A DNA stretch of 64,000 nucleotides from NCBI GenBank assembly GCA_030429735.1, contig JAUIET010000005.1, positions 13,905 to 77,904 of the forward strand. Reading direction: 5' to 3'. Position numbers and translations under genes: made by a program. This DNA is from Gammaproteobacteria bacterium (GTDB taxonomy: Bacteria; Pseudomonadota; Gammaproteobacteria; Pseudomonadales; JAUIET01). The notes under the pieces were generated by a model. It searched no databases, had not been told where the DNA came from, and worked only from the letters and a program-made list of their open reading frames with translations. Of this stretch, positions 36,589-46,176 are shown piece after piece. Positions within the stretch are counted from its first letter, which is position 1; each line of letters starts with the position of its first letter.

Positions 36589-39303
36589 ATGCCAAAACAT
36601 AAAAATTGCGCAATTGCAGGGGCCATTCCATTGTCGAATCTTAGATTTTTCCATAGTTCACTTTCACAACAAATTGTACTGGCTGCACAAGCTTGTTTGC
36701 TTGCCTACAGTGTGTCGGTCACTGCTAACTTAGGCGCCGAGATTGACCTTATTGAAACCAGCCGGGGAGAGGTTATTGAATTTACTCCGCAGCCAATAAG
36801 TGCCCATATCAATAAGCCATTTACTGTCCGAGAGACGCTTGACAATGTAAGCGGCATTAATGCCCTTCAGCTAGTCGCCGCTCAAGGTTACGGCGAGGGT
36901 CTTAGTGGTGTGCAACTTCGTTTTGACGAAAGCCGTAATTTGCATGATTTCTGGCGTGTGCGCTACCAATTGAAGAGCAATACGGGGTCAGACCGTGTGA
37001 GCCTTGCGTTGGAATTGGTAACCCGATCGCCTGATCAAGACGATACAACCATCTGGCGGCAAAAAACCGATTTTCAACTAACGCTTGCCGACATATGTGA
37101 CACCTGGGTAGAAGTGGATAGTGCCATTCATGTAGATCACTTCAGCCGGCGACCGGGCACCAGAAGCAATGGTTCGCTGCTTGAGCTCAGTGACGTTATT
37201 GCCATAAATGTTGTTCTGGTTTCTAGAGAAAGCACCGAAGAACGCGCTGAGATTTCGATTGATGCAATCGAATTTTATGACGAAAGCCCCTACAGCGAGC
37301 TGGTCAGTGAATTGGAGCGCACCGAAATTGGTGCGGTAAACCCTACTTTGCCGAGCGAGTTTGCTGCCGGCAGTCATAGCCGTATGGCTGTCTATATTAC
37401 GGATACAGATTCCTCATGGTTAGCCTTTGTTGCGTCATTGAAGAATATTGGTATACCGGTGAAAGTGGTTCCAGAGCTTGAGCAGGCATTGTCCCACGAT
37501 ACCGTTGTGATATACCCGCGTGTATCCCGACGTGACTTGAGCAGTAGTGACATAAATGCGGCACGCGAGTACGTTAGCGGTGGTGGTACGCTGATAGGCT
37601 TGCAGCTGGTCGACACGTCCATGAATGACGTGTTCGGTATAAAACGCAGTGTAAACCTCGCCAATGATCCCGATATTCGTGATATCAAATTTGATACCGA
37701 AAACTATCCGCAGCTCACCGCCAAGCTTGATCATGAATATGATCGACGCGTAAGTATTTATCGACGCCTGGGTGACGACAACGGCATTATCTTTACGGCC
37801 GAGGGTCCAGATCGTCTCGATCGATTGAACCCGAACGACAGCGACGATGGACTTATCTGCGGTTACGAGCCAGGTGCCGCGCAAGTTATCGCAATCTATG
37901 ATAACGAGTTTGATGAGGACGACACCGGCAACGAGCGCGCTGCGATCACCCGACACCCGTTTGGCAACGGGGTAGCCTACAGTGTTGCCTGGGACGTTGG
38001 TTACCAGGCGGTTGTTGGTCAAAGCCTTGAGTACGCCCCCATGGGTAGGTTTTATTCGGACGCGTATTCACCGGGCTTTGATGTGATCATGAATTTCTTC
38101 AAAGATGTGTATCACAAGGAAAGTCAAACAGCGGTAACGCTAAGTACTGTGCCCAACGGCAAAGACTTGTCAATTATCATCACCCACGATATAGATGGGA
38201 AAGACGCGAATATTGTCAGTCCCGAGTTCGCTCAACTTGAACAGGATTACAACGTACCGGCAACCTATTTCTGGCAAACCCGTTACATGAATGACGCGCG
38301 CGACATGCGCTTTTTTGACAGCGCGGCCATCACTGCCATGAATGATATTCTTGAACATCCTGTTGGTCATGAAATTGGCAGTCACGGAATCTCTCACGCC
38401 TTTGATTTTTCGAGATTTAAGATTGGCGAGAACCCCCAGTTTCCGGATTACGCACCGCGCAGTTTATTGCGAGACAATCATGAGGAACTGCCAGAAGCCA
38501 AAAAATACATTGTTGAAGACGGCACTGTTCTAGGTGAAATGAAGATCAGCAAATTTCTGCTTGAGGAGATGACAGGTCAAGCGGTGACATCTTTTCGCCC
38601 CGGCCATCTTTCCTACCCGATCAGAATGAATGAGATTGCTCAAGCAATCGGGTATGGCGCTACGTCAACCACCACAGCGCCTTATTCGTCAACGAACCTG
38701 CCGTACCTAATGACTTATTTGCGTAGCACTGGTTATGTGCAAGCCGAACGTAAAGAGCAGTTACTGGATGTGGTGGAAATTCCGTTGAGCTGGGAAGATG
38801 TAGGTAAGAATACCATTCTAAAACCAGAGCATGCAGATGACCCTGAGCGGTTCGGCATGATGGAACCCGAATTCCTGGCAGAAACTGAAGAGTTTCTGCG
38901 CCAGCTTAGCCAATATGGGGGTGTGTTCAACTTGCTGATTCATCCGACACGACTCGGGCTTGAGCACAAGTTGGCCTATCAGCGTTATCTGCTTGACTTG
39001 TTCCAGCCAGGCAACGGTCTTGCTGGTGTGCAGCCGCACTTTTCGACCGTGCAGGTATTTGCACAATGGTGGTTAGCCCGTTTCAAACTGGACGTAGACG
39101 TAATGGTCGTTGAAGAGCAGGTTGAACTGACGATCGCCTCCGCAAGAGATATTGGCGGAGTAACTTTGCAGATACCTGAAACCTGGCAGCTGCTGGGTGA
39201 TGTGCCTGGTGTACGTTTATCGGGCAATCGATTGCGGCTCGACCAGGTGTCCGCCGACTCGGCGCTACTGATTCGTTTTACCCGATCAGGAAACGCGCTA
39301 TAG
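36589..39303 (+). CDS. Large secreted multidomain protein with polysaccharide deacetylase (CE4/NodB) domain
   Basis: Signal-like IVLAAQACLLAYSVSVTA. A central domain resembles class-I glutamine-amidotransferase-like folds (AVYITDTDSSW...VSGGGTLIGLQ). CE4 motifs IIITHDIDG and HEIGSHGISH. ATG 36589 preferred over 36529. Confidence 0.65.
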   Translation: MPKHKNCAIAGAIPLSNLRFFHSSLSQQIVLAAQACLLAYSVSVTANLGAEIDLIETSRGEVIEFTPQPISAHINKPFTVRETLDNVSGINALQLVAAQGYGEGLSGVQLRFDESRNLHDFWRVRYQLKSNTGSDRVSLALELVTRSPDQDDTTIWRQKTDFQLTLADICDTWVEVDSAIHVDHFSRRPGTRSNGSLLELSDVIAINVVLVSRESTEERAEISIDAIEFYDESPYSELVSELERTEIGAVNPTLPSEFAAGSHSRMAVYITDTDSSWLAFVASLKNIGIPVKVVPELEQALSHDTVVIYPRVSRRDLSSSDINAAREYVSGGGTLIGLQLVDTSMNDVFGIKRSVNLANDPDIRDIKFDTENYPQLTAKLDHEYDRRVSIYRRLGDDNGIIFTAEGPDRLDRLNPNDSDDGLICGYEPGAAQVIAIYDNEFDEDDTGNERAAITRHPFGNGVAYSVAWDVGYQAVVGQSLEYAPMGRFYSDAYSPGFDVIMNFFKDVYHKESQTAVTLSTVPNGKDLSIIITHDIDGKDANIVSPEFAQLEQDYNVPATYFWQTRYMNDARDMRFFDSAAITAMNDILEHPVGHEIGSHGISHAFDFSRFKIGENPQFPDYAPRSLLRDNHEELPEAKKYIVEDGTVLGEMKISKFLLEEMTGQAVTSFRPGHLSYPIRMNEIAQAIGYGATSTTTAPYSSTNLPYLMTYLRSTGYVQAERKEQLLDVVEIPLSWEDVGKNTILKPEHADDPERFGMMEPEFLAETEEFLRQLSQYGGVFNLLIHPTRLGLEHKLAYQRYLLDLFQPGNGLAGVQPHFSTVQVFAQWWLARFKLDVDVMVVEEQVELTIASARDIGGVTLQIPETWQLLGDVPGVRLSGNRLRLDQVSADSALLIRFTRSGNAL

Positions 39304-39335
39304 TAGCCCCTTTGCCACCATGGTTAGGGATACAT

Positions 39336-40412
39336 ATGCTGAACAACAAGCCACTGATATATCGTGGTTTGAATTATCCATGGGGGCGTGACCAGGTTCC
39401 AGAAAGCGCGGAGCCCGAGCAGGTCGCAGACGGTGTTTGGTGGGCAAGATTCCCAATGCCTATGTCGCTGGACCATATCAATATATGGTTATTGGAAGAC
39501 GAGGCCGGTTGGACGGTTGTTGATACCTGTCTGGATCTCCCGGAATCCAGAGCGGTTTGGGAGTCGCTGTTCTCAGGCTTTTTGAAGAATAAACCAATCC
39601 ATCGCGTCATTTGTACGCACATGCACCCGGACCACGTTGGTCTGGCGGGCTGGCTGGTAGATCGATTCAATGGCGAGCTGTGGATATCACGGGAAGAATT
39701 TTTGATGTGTCGCGCCCTGGCCAGCGACACCGGCCGGCAAGCCCCCGAGGTTGCGCTGCGTTTTTACCGGGCGGCCGGCTATGATGAGCAACAACTGGAT
39801 ACCTATCGCGAGAAATTTGGTAATTTCGGTAAGGCCATTTATCCCTTGCCAGACAGTATTCGCCGGCTGGTTGATGGGGAGACTATCCAGATCAATGGCC
39901 GCTACTGGCAGGTGATGGTCGGCAGCGGGCATTCACCAGAGCACGTCTGCTTATATTGCCCGGCATTAAAGCTGCTGATTTCAGGTGATCAGGTGCTGCC
40001 TAAGATCACCTCCAATGTCAGTGTGTTTCCAACCGAGCCCCAGGGTGACCCGCTAAAGGAATGGTTGAGATCCTGTGCACGATTGCGCGAAAAACTGCCG
40101 GATGACCTGTTGGTATTACCCGCGCATGAGTCACCGTTCTATGGCTTGCATGTTCGACTCACGCAATTGATAGAGGCGCATGAGCGTGATCTTGATCAGC
40201 TGTATGATCACCTTGATACACCTAAACGTGCGGTGGATTGTTACCCCGCGTTGTTCAAACGCAAGATTGACGCTGGGATGGCAGGGCTTGCCACAGGAGA
40301 AGCTCTGGCGCACTTGAACTGTTTGTTGGGCAGACGGCGCATAAGCCGCGAGCGCGATGAGCATGGCGTTGATTGGTATTTACAAAAACCGGAAACCGCA
40401 GAATTTGACTGA
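39336..40412 (+). CDS. MBL-fold metallo-hydrolase
   Basis: HMHPDHVG (HxHxDH), downstream GSGHSPEH, and PAHES. Confidence 0.8.
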   Translation: MLNNKPLIYRGLNYPWGRDQVPESAEPEQVADGVWWARFPMPMSLDHINIWLLEDEAGWTVVDTCLDLPESRAVWESLFSGFLKNKPIHRVICTHMHPDHVGLAGWLVDRFNGELWISREEFLMCRALASDTGRQAPEVALRFYRAAGYDEQQLDTYREKFGNFGKAIYPLPDSIRRLVDGETIQINGRYWQVMVGSGHSPEHVCLYCPALKLLISGDQVLPKITSNVSVFPTEPQGDPLKEWLRSCARLREKLPDDLLVLPAHESPFYGLHVRLTQLIEAHERDLDQLYDHLDTPKRAVDCYPALFKRKIDAGMAGLATGEALAHLNCLLGRRRISRERDEHGVDWYLQKPETAEFD

Positions 40413-40426
40413 TTGCTTCTTGCGGT

Positions 40427-40879
40427 TTATGTGATTTCAAACGGCATACCAACCGCAATTTGACCGTCGCCTAAGGCATTTGTGCGCAAGCCACCATTCC
40501 CGACAAAGGCCTTAACCACGGCAGGCCCCGACATGGTGTCTGTAGCCAGTTTGTCGCCAATGCCTTTGCAAGGTTCACACAGCTCCACACCCATAAAGCG
40601 TACATTGCCTACCGTGAACTCCTTGCCTACCAGCGCGTTTAGATCGACCCCTGTAGTGATTACCGTGCGGCGTGGGTCGCTTTCATGAATGTCGCGCTGG
40701 TATTGTGTATTGAACGCATCAATTTTTTCTTTTTCTATAAAGGTTACGTTTTGCCCCGGCCAATTACTTTTGCCAAAGTTTCGATCACCAACAATACCTT
40801 TGCCGGCAACCACATCTACCCGGTCTACGCTGCTCAAGTCGGCATCATGTTGCGTCGCTATGTATATTGCTTTGATCAT
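40427..40879 (-). CDS. MOSC domain protein
   Basis: VAGKGIVGDRNFG...NVTFIEKEKI...VELCEPCKGIG. ATG 40879 preferred. Lies 10 nt downstream of the NRAMP gene. Confidence 0.75.
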   Translation of the reverse strand: MIKAIYIATQHDADLSSVDRVDVVAGKGIVGDRNFGKSNWPGQNVTFIEKEKIDAFNTQYQRDIHESDPRRTVITTGVDLNALVGKEFTVGNVRFMGVELCEPCKGIGDKLATDTMSGPAVVKAFVGNGGLRTNALGDGQIAVGMPFEIT

Positions 40880-40889
40880 ATGAACTTTC

Positions 40890-42098
40890 CTAAATAGCCA
40901 CGCCAAACACGCGAAGAATAGCACGCATACCAAGCCCAAGTGTCAGCAGTACAATGAGTGCGCCAGCAATGTTCGACCAGAGCCCATTGGCGTATTCGCC
41001 CAGTAGCGCCTTGCGATTCATAATCATTAGCAGTAGCGTCGCAATAACCGGCAATAGCAATCCATTGGCAATCTGGGCAATGATGATTAACGACACAGGC
41101 TTTATGTTAAGCATGGCAATCAGGCTGCCTATCAATATGATCAACAAGGCAGTGATCTTGAAAAACGGCGCATTGCTGCCCGCAGGCTTTTGCAGAATTT
41201 CACCGAGCACATAGGCGGTTGCCATCGGAGCCGTGATCGCTGAGGTGAGCCCCGCGGCAAGTAAACCGATGCCCAGCATAACTCGTGCGGCGCTACCGAA
41301 TAATGGCTCAATGCCCACGGCCATATCACCGGCATTGAGCACTTCAATACCGGTGCCAAACAAACTTGCGGCGGCTGTTGCAACAATAAGAATAGATACC
41401 AGCCCACCCAGGCCTACGGAGATTACTGTGTCAGCACGCGCTTCTGCTATACCTGCGCCGCTGGGCCAGCGTTGGCGACAGGCAGCGGCGTGCAAAAACA
41501 GGTTGTATGGCACGATGGTGGTGCCAATAAGAGCAACCGCCGTCAGCACGCTGCCTTCAGGAAGGCTGGGTACAAAACCCAGCAACAGTTTATGCAGTGG
41601 CGGACCCACCAATATCGCGCTGATGATAAACGCTGCACTCATAAGCAACACAAGGCCGATTAGAATACGCTCCAGCACTTTGTATTTACCCACCAGCAAT
41701 ATGGCTGCCGCCAGCATTGCCAGAGCCAGTACAATCCATCGCCTGTCTATGCTTGAACCGCTCAGAATTGATTGCAAACCAATCGCGCTGCCGGTCAGGT
41801 TGCCGGCCTCATAAGCGCTGTTGCCAAGCGCGAGTGCAGTGAACACCAGGGCCGTCACCAGCCACTTCAGCCAGGTTCGCTCACTGATTTGCAACAAAGC
41901 CTCGCCCAAACCCAGGCGTGCTCCGGCTCCAAGTCTTGCAGCCATATCCTGCAAAATAATGGTTGCTACGGTAGCGAACGCCAGAGCCCATAACAACGCG
42001 TATGCGAAGTTGGCGCCAGCCAGTGTGCACGCGGTAACCGTGCCGGGTCCGATAAAGGCTGCTGCAACCAGTGCGCCGGGTCCAATGGTTATTTTCAA
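40890..42098 (-). CDS. NRAMP family divalent metal (Mn/Fe) transporter, MntH-like
   Basis: GPGALVAAAFIGPGTVTACTLAGANFAYALLW...DMAARLG followed by about 11 TM segments. TTG start. Confidence 0.8.
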   Translation of the reverse strand: MKITIGPGALVAAAFIGPGTVTACTLAGANFAYALLWALAFATVATIILQDMAARLGAGARLGLGEALLQISERTWLKWLVTALVFTALALGNSAYEAGNLTGSAIGLQSILSGSSIDRRWIVLALAMLAAAILLVGKYKVLERILIGLVLLMSAAFIISAILVGPPLHKLLLGFVPSLPEGSVLTAVALIGTTIVPYNLFLHAAACRQRWPSGAGIAEARADTVISVGLGGLVSILIVATAAASLFGTGIEVLNAGDMAVGIEPLFGSAARVMLGIGLLAAGLTSAITAPMATAYVLGEILQKPAGSNAPFFKITALLIILIGSLIAMLNIKPVSLIIIAQIANGLLLPVIATLLLMIMNRKALLGEYANGLWSNIAGALIVLLTLGLGMRAILRVFGVAI

Positions 42099-42189
42099 TT
42101 CTGCCCCCCGTTTACGATTAAATAAGACTTGACAAGGTTCGAGTCCATACCCGTTATACTACAGCTTCATTTGTGGAGAAGGTATCGCC

Positions 42190-43023
42190 GTGCAACAATC
42201 CCATACACCCTCGAGCGTCAGCATTCAGCCCCGCAATCGACGTTTTGACATTGCTTCGGCGCTTTCGCGTGACTGGTTCGACAACAACGCATTTATAACG
42301 GCGTGGCACAACTCGCTGTCGATTACTTTTCCCCTGGGTGAAAAATTCTTCATCGACAGCGTGCGCCATTTTGCAAGCCAGATAGAGGATGAAAAGCTTA
42401 AAGCAGAGATCCGCGGCTTTTGTGGCCAGGAGGGATTTCACCGGCGTGAGCACGAGTTGTACAACGAAACTTTGTGTAACGCCCGGGGTTACGACCTTAC
42501 GCTGTTAGAAGGCCGAGTTGCCAGGCGTCTGGAATTTGCCCGAAGGCGCTTTGACCCGATGACGCAGTTGGCGATCACGGTAGCGCTGGAGCACATCACC
42601 GCAGTCATGGCAGAATTTCACTTGCGTAACGACAGTCCGTTTCGTGGTAAGCCCGAAAAAGCGATGGAAGAGCTCTGGCATTGGCATGGCGCGGAAGAGC
42701 TGGAGCATAAATCAGTCGCATTCGATGTGTATCGGGCTATGAACGGAACGGAAGCAATGCGCATCAGCGCGCTGCGCAGAACAACCGTGCTTATCATCTG
42801 GCGCGCGCTGACCGGTATGCTGCACATGTTTCGTAAAGACGGCAATCTGTTCAGCTTGCGAGTATGGGCTCAGGGTGCAAAGTTTTTACTCGGCCGTGAA
42901 GGTTTGTTTCGCTCGGTATGGCCTTCTTACAAGCAATTCTTCAAACCTGATTTTCACCCCTGGCAAATAGACACGCAGGACATCTTGCGCGATTGGGAGG
43001 CAGGGCAACTTAGCGCGACCTGA
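42190..43023 (+). CDS. Predicted metal-dependent hydrolase (COG3687/PF10118-like, ExxH motifs)
   Basis: LSITFPLGEKFFIDSVRHF, CGQEGFHRREHELYN and HGAEELEHKSVAFDVY. GGAGAA SD before GTG 42190. Confidence 0.6.
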   Translation: MQQSHTPSSVSIQPRNRRFDIASALSRDWFDNNAFITAWHNSLSITFPLGEKFFIDSVRHFASQIEDEKLKAEIRGFCGQEGFHRREHELYNETLCNARGYDLTLLEGRVARRLEFARRRFDPMTQLAITVALEHITAVMAEFHLRNDSPFRGKPEKAMEELWHWHGAEELEHKSVAFDVYRAMNGTEAMRISALRRTTVLIIWRALTGMLHMFRKDGNLFSLRVWAQGAKFLLGREGLFRSVWPSYKQFFKPDFHPWQIDTQDILRDWEAGQLSAT

Positions 43024-43456
43024 TCTCGGTGCCTTCGCCCGCGGTTATAAACACTGCGGTGGCGCTGGTCTCTATATCGGCCGTGTGCCAAACCCCGGGA
43101 GCATTGATCGCATAGTCACCCGTTTCCAGACTAACCGTCGTGATGGTGCCGTCGGTATGTTCCTGATGCAGTACGATAGTGCCGTCAACACACAATACGA
43201 CTTCTGAGCCCACTGGGTGCATTTCCCAGGTGTCCCAATCAGATGTAAAGGTATGCATGCTGACCAGGCGGCCCTCCTTACCGTCTCCGCCATTGCGTTC
43301 ACTATAGGCTTCGTACCAATCCATCTGGCCCGTGAAAGCAGGTTGCACAAGTGCGGTTGCCCCAAGACCAAGATGAATTGGGTTTTTGCTTAGGCTCTCT
43401 TTGCTCACGCGTTTCTCCGTGTTATTGAGTCGTAATTTAAAATTCGACGAGACCAC
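43010..43456 (-). CDS. Cupin domain protein
   Basis: HPVGSEVVLCVDGTIVLHQE...GDYAINAPGVWHTA is a two-motif cupin pattern. Overlaps the upstream MBL gene by 20 nt. Confidence 0.65.
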   Translation of the reverse strand: MVSSNFKLRLNNTEKRVSKESLSKNPIHLGLGATALVQPAFTGQMDWYEAYSERNGGDGKEGRLVSMHTFTSDWDTWEMHPVGSEVVLCVDGTIVLHQEHTDGTITTVSLETGDYAINAPGVWHTADIETSATAVFITAGEGTEIRSR

Positions 43457-44366
43457 TTTTCTTCAGTGCTTCCAGGTCGTGCGACACTATTACCTGCCTA
43501 TTTGGTAACTGATCAATATCTGCCAGCCATTGCCGTAAGCCAGCTAATCTCTTGCGCGATTCAGGTACCATAAAAGTGCTATACCATAGTGCTTTTGGCG
43601 TATTCGTCAGCAGGTCCTGCTTGGTGTTGGTGATGTCGCCGGAAAACAGCCAGGTGTAGTCTTCGACTTTCGCTGCGTATATCGTGCTGCCAGGCGTATG
43701 CCCGCCGGCACTAATCATTAACAAGCCGGGAAAGCCAGGCACATCGTTTACTTCTGGCCCTGGCAGTTTCGTGAAATCAAGACAGCTAGCTTCGTCAAGC
43801 AGCACTCGACCCATATCAGTTACGATATTTCCCCAATCTGCCTGCCACGGAGATTGAAAAACGGCTATTGGTCGCTCGGCTTTGGCGCACAATGCACTGG
43901 CGCCACCTGTGTGATCCTGGTGCAAATGTGTAAACGCAAGGCCGCCAATTGTGGCCGCCACCGTGCCAAGCAGATCAGCCACGGTACCGTGAAATTGAAT
44001 TGGATCTGCTGCAAACGCGGTTTCAGAAATGTTGCCGAACTCGATGGTGCCTCGCTCATCCATGCCAACGTCCAGCAAAAAATGCTGGCCGTCCTTCCAT
44101 TCAAACAAAAAACTGCTGTGAGTCATCGGGCCGCCGTGAGGGCTGGTCTGGCTGGCGTTTAGCAGGTAACGTATCTGAACCGGACCATCTGCCTTGTTGA
44201 GCCTGTAGTCTATTTCCTCAAGAGTGGGCAGTTCAGGATTAACCTGGCGGATATCCCAATGAGCTTTGCCAAGAATAGCTGTCACCGCCAGCACTAAAAC
44301 AAGAACCAGAGCAGCAAAAATCTGAAATATTTTTTTGATCACTACGAATGTCCCGGCTCTTTTCAA
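43437..44366 (-). CDS. Membrane-anchored MBL-fold metallo-hydrolase
   Basis: N-terminal TM (IFAALVLVLVLAVTAIL), FTHLHQDHTGG, and SAGGHTPGS. Confidence 0.8.
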   Translation of the reverse strand: MKRAGTFVVIKKIFQIFAALVLVLVLAVTAILGKAHWDIRQVNPELPTLEEIDYRLNKADGPVQIRYLLNASQTSPHGGPMTHSSFLFEWKDGQHFLLDVGMDERGTIEFGNISETAFAADPIQFHGTVADLLGTVAATIGGLAFTHLHQDHTGGASALCAKAERPIAVFQSPWQADWGNIVTDMGRVLLDEASCLDFTKLPGPEVNDVPGFPGLLMISAGGHTPGSTIYAAKVEDYTWLFSGDITNTKQDLLTNTPKALWYSTFMVPESRKRLAGLRQWLADIDQLPNRQVIVSHDLEALKKSGLVEF

Positions 44367-44420
44367 TCATCTTATCACTTAGCCGATGATCGTTTATAAA
44401 CAATCCGCTACACTGCGGCA

Positions 44421-44617
44421 ATGAATACAATCAGCTCACTTTTAGCCGGGTTCAGTATCGTCAGTGCCATGATGTTGTTCAGGCAAAGCTGCTGCGTCTA
44501 GAAGAGCTGATGAGCAAAGAAAAACACTACCAGGATGAGGCGCTGAATCTGAATGGCCTTGCGGAACTTGTTGAGCTGTCACCGCATCAGTTATTTAACA
44601 CTGCGTTGGTTCGTTAA
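44421..44617 (+). pseudogene. Degenerate remnant of an AraC-family regulator
   Basis: One frame gives a short TM-like start (MNTISSLLAGFSIVSAMMLF..*). A second frame gives VQAKLLRLEELMSKEKHYQDEALNLNGLAELVELSPHQLFN, the typical lead-in and first HTH helix of AraC proteins. It ends where the convergent L,D-transpeptidase gene stops. Confidence 0.4.
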
Positions 44618-46176
44618 TGAGCCTGGGTGGACGCAAGCCAGTGTGACTGTTCTCGCAGAAGATTGTTGGCAATTACACGATCGCGCCCGTAGCGGTCAGG
44701 GGTGAAGTGTAAAAGACCTTTATCGTCAAACCACGTAGTCATATACACCAAATAAACTGGCAGTGGTTGTTCAAGTGAAATCGATTGGCTAGCCACGTTT
44801 CCAGGTCGTGCCAAGTTTTGTAGCAGCGTGACTTTCGCAGGGCTGCGTTCAAGAACGGCCTTGGCAAGCTCAAACGGATTTTCGATCCGCACGCATCCCG
44901 AACTGAAATTCCTGTTGGGTAACTCAAACAGTACCTTGTTGGGCGTATCGTGCAGGAACACGTTGAAATCGTTGGCGAATACAAACTTGATGCGCCCCAT
45001 ACTGTTCTGCTCACCCGGGTCCTGGCGCAGCCGGTACGAAAAATTCTGTGCATTAACCTTTTGCCAGTCAATGCTGCGGCTATCCAACTCAATACTTTTT
45101 CCTTCTTGACGGGTAAACACACGAATATTCTTCTGCGCGAAAAAGTGTTTGTTCTTTTTTTGTAATGGCAGCAAATCGTTGACGGCGATTTTGTGAGGAA
45201 CTCCCCAGGCAGGGTTGACCACCAACTTGTCAATTGATGAAACCAGGCTGGGCGTTGCTCGGTAAGGTCGACCAGCAATTGCGCGAAACCGCAGTTTAAC
45301 CGTGTTGTGCTCTACCAACTGCGCGAAGGCGCCGGCTGTATTTACCCAAAGGCGTCGATCCGCTATAAATCGTGGCATCCAGCGCCAGCGTTCCAGATTC
45401 ACGTGTATTTGCTGCAGGCGCTGGCTGACAGGCACGCGCAGCGCTGTTCTGGTTTGGCGATCCAGAATTCCATCGGCGAGAAGGCCGTGGCGTATTTGAA
45501 ATTGCCGTACGGCTTCCGCCAGTGCTGGACCGAAGAAAAAAGGGTCTGCTTGCATGGCGCCGCTGTAGTCGCCTTCAATCCGCAGTCGATTCCGAAGTGT
45601 TTGAATTTCGCTATGGCGCTCACCAGGCCTTAGAGTCTGATCATTATCTTCCAGCATTGGCCAACCGCCATTGTCTGCGATGGACTGGTACTGCAGCAAA
45701 GCACTGACCAGTTTTGCGTATTCTGCAGCACTCGGCAGTACCCCTCGCAGAACTTGGTCAAGTGGCTGGCCGTCACGAAGCTGTTGGCGAAGTGGCGTCA
45801 GTAGCGCGTCTTCGGTTATTGAGGCGGGGGAAATATGCCAGTCGTTATCAGTCGTTGGCTGCGTGTACCCTTGATGCAAGGCGAACACCAAGGTGCTAAA
45901 AAGCTGCTCAAGTTGGGCATTTCTTAACATCTTTACCGGTAACGCGTTGGCTGAATTTTCTGCAATTACAGGTGCCAAGCCCAACGTAGATGGACTGTTT
46001 AACAGCTGAACTAATTCTTCACCTTGAGCGGTAAGGCCATGTTCAGTTCGCCACAGAGGCTTACCGGCTTGTAAATCCGCTGTTGCCGGTAGGCTAACAA
46101 TTCCTGCTAGCAGAGCTGCGACAAGTCTGCCGGCACGGAGGAAACTAAGGCTGAGTTTCAAGCAGGTGCCCAACAT
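44614..46176 (-). CDS. L,D-transpeptidase, YcbB/LdtD-like (PG-binding plus YkuD domains)
   Basis: PG_binding_1 motif AVRQFQIRHGLLADGILDRQTRTAL. YkuD catalytic region FLHDTPNKVLF...SSGCVRIENP. Signal or anchor at the N-terminus. Confidence 0.85.
   Translation of the reverse strand: MLGTCLKLSLSFLRAGRLVAALLAGIVSLPATADLQAGKPLWRTEHGLTAQGEELVQLLNSPSTLGLAPVIAENSANALPVKMLRNAQLEQLFSTLVFALHQGYTQPTTDNDWHISPASITEDALLTPLRQQLRDGQPLDQVLRGVLPSAAEYAKLVSALLQYQSIADNGGWPMLEDNDQTLRPGERHSEIQTLRNRLRIEGDYSGAMQADPFFFGPALAEAVRQFQIRHGLLADGILDRQTRTALRVPVSQRLQQIHVNLERWRWMPRFIADRRLWVNTAGAFAQLVEHNTVKLRFRAIAGRPYRATPSLVSSIDKLVVNPAWGVPHKIAVNDLLPLQKKNKHFFAQKNIRVFTRQEGKSIELDSRSIDWQKVNAQNFSYRLRQDPGEQNSMGRIKFVFANDFNVFLHDTPNKVLFELPNRNFSSGCVRIENPFELAKAVLERSPAKVTLLQNLARPGNVASQSISLEQPLPVYLVYMTTWFDDKGLLHFTPDRYGRDRVIANNLLREQSHWLASTQAH

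Noticed and set aside
42129-42160. tRNA-like T-arm sequence GGTTCGAGTCC and a TTGACA...TATACT promoter-like pair in the NRAMP/hydrolase intergenic region.
   Set aside because: The flanks cannot form a T-stem (caagg versus ccata), and there is no acceptor stem or anticodon arm, so it is neither a tRNA nor a convincing tRNA fragment. The -35/-10 spacing is 19-20 nt, too long for a confident sigma-70 promoter call.
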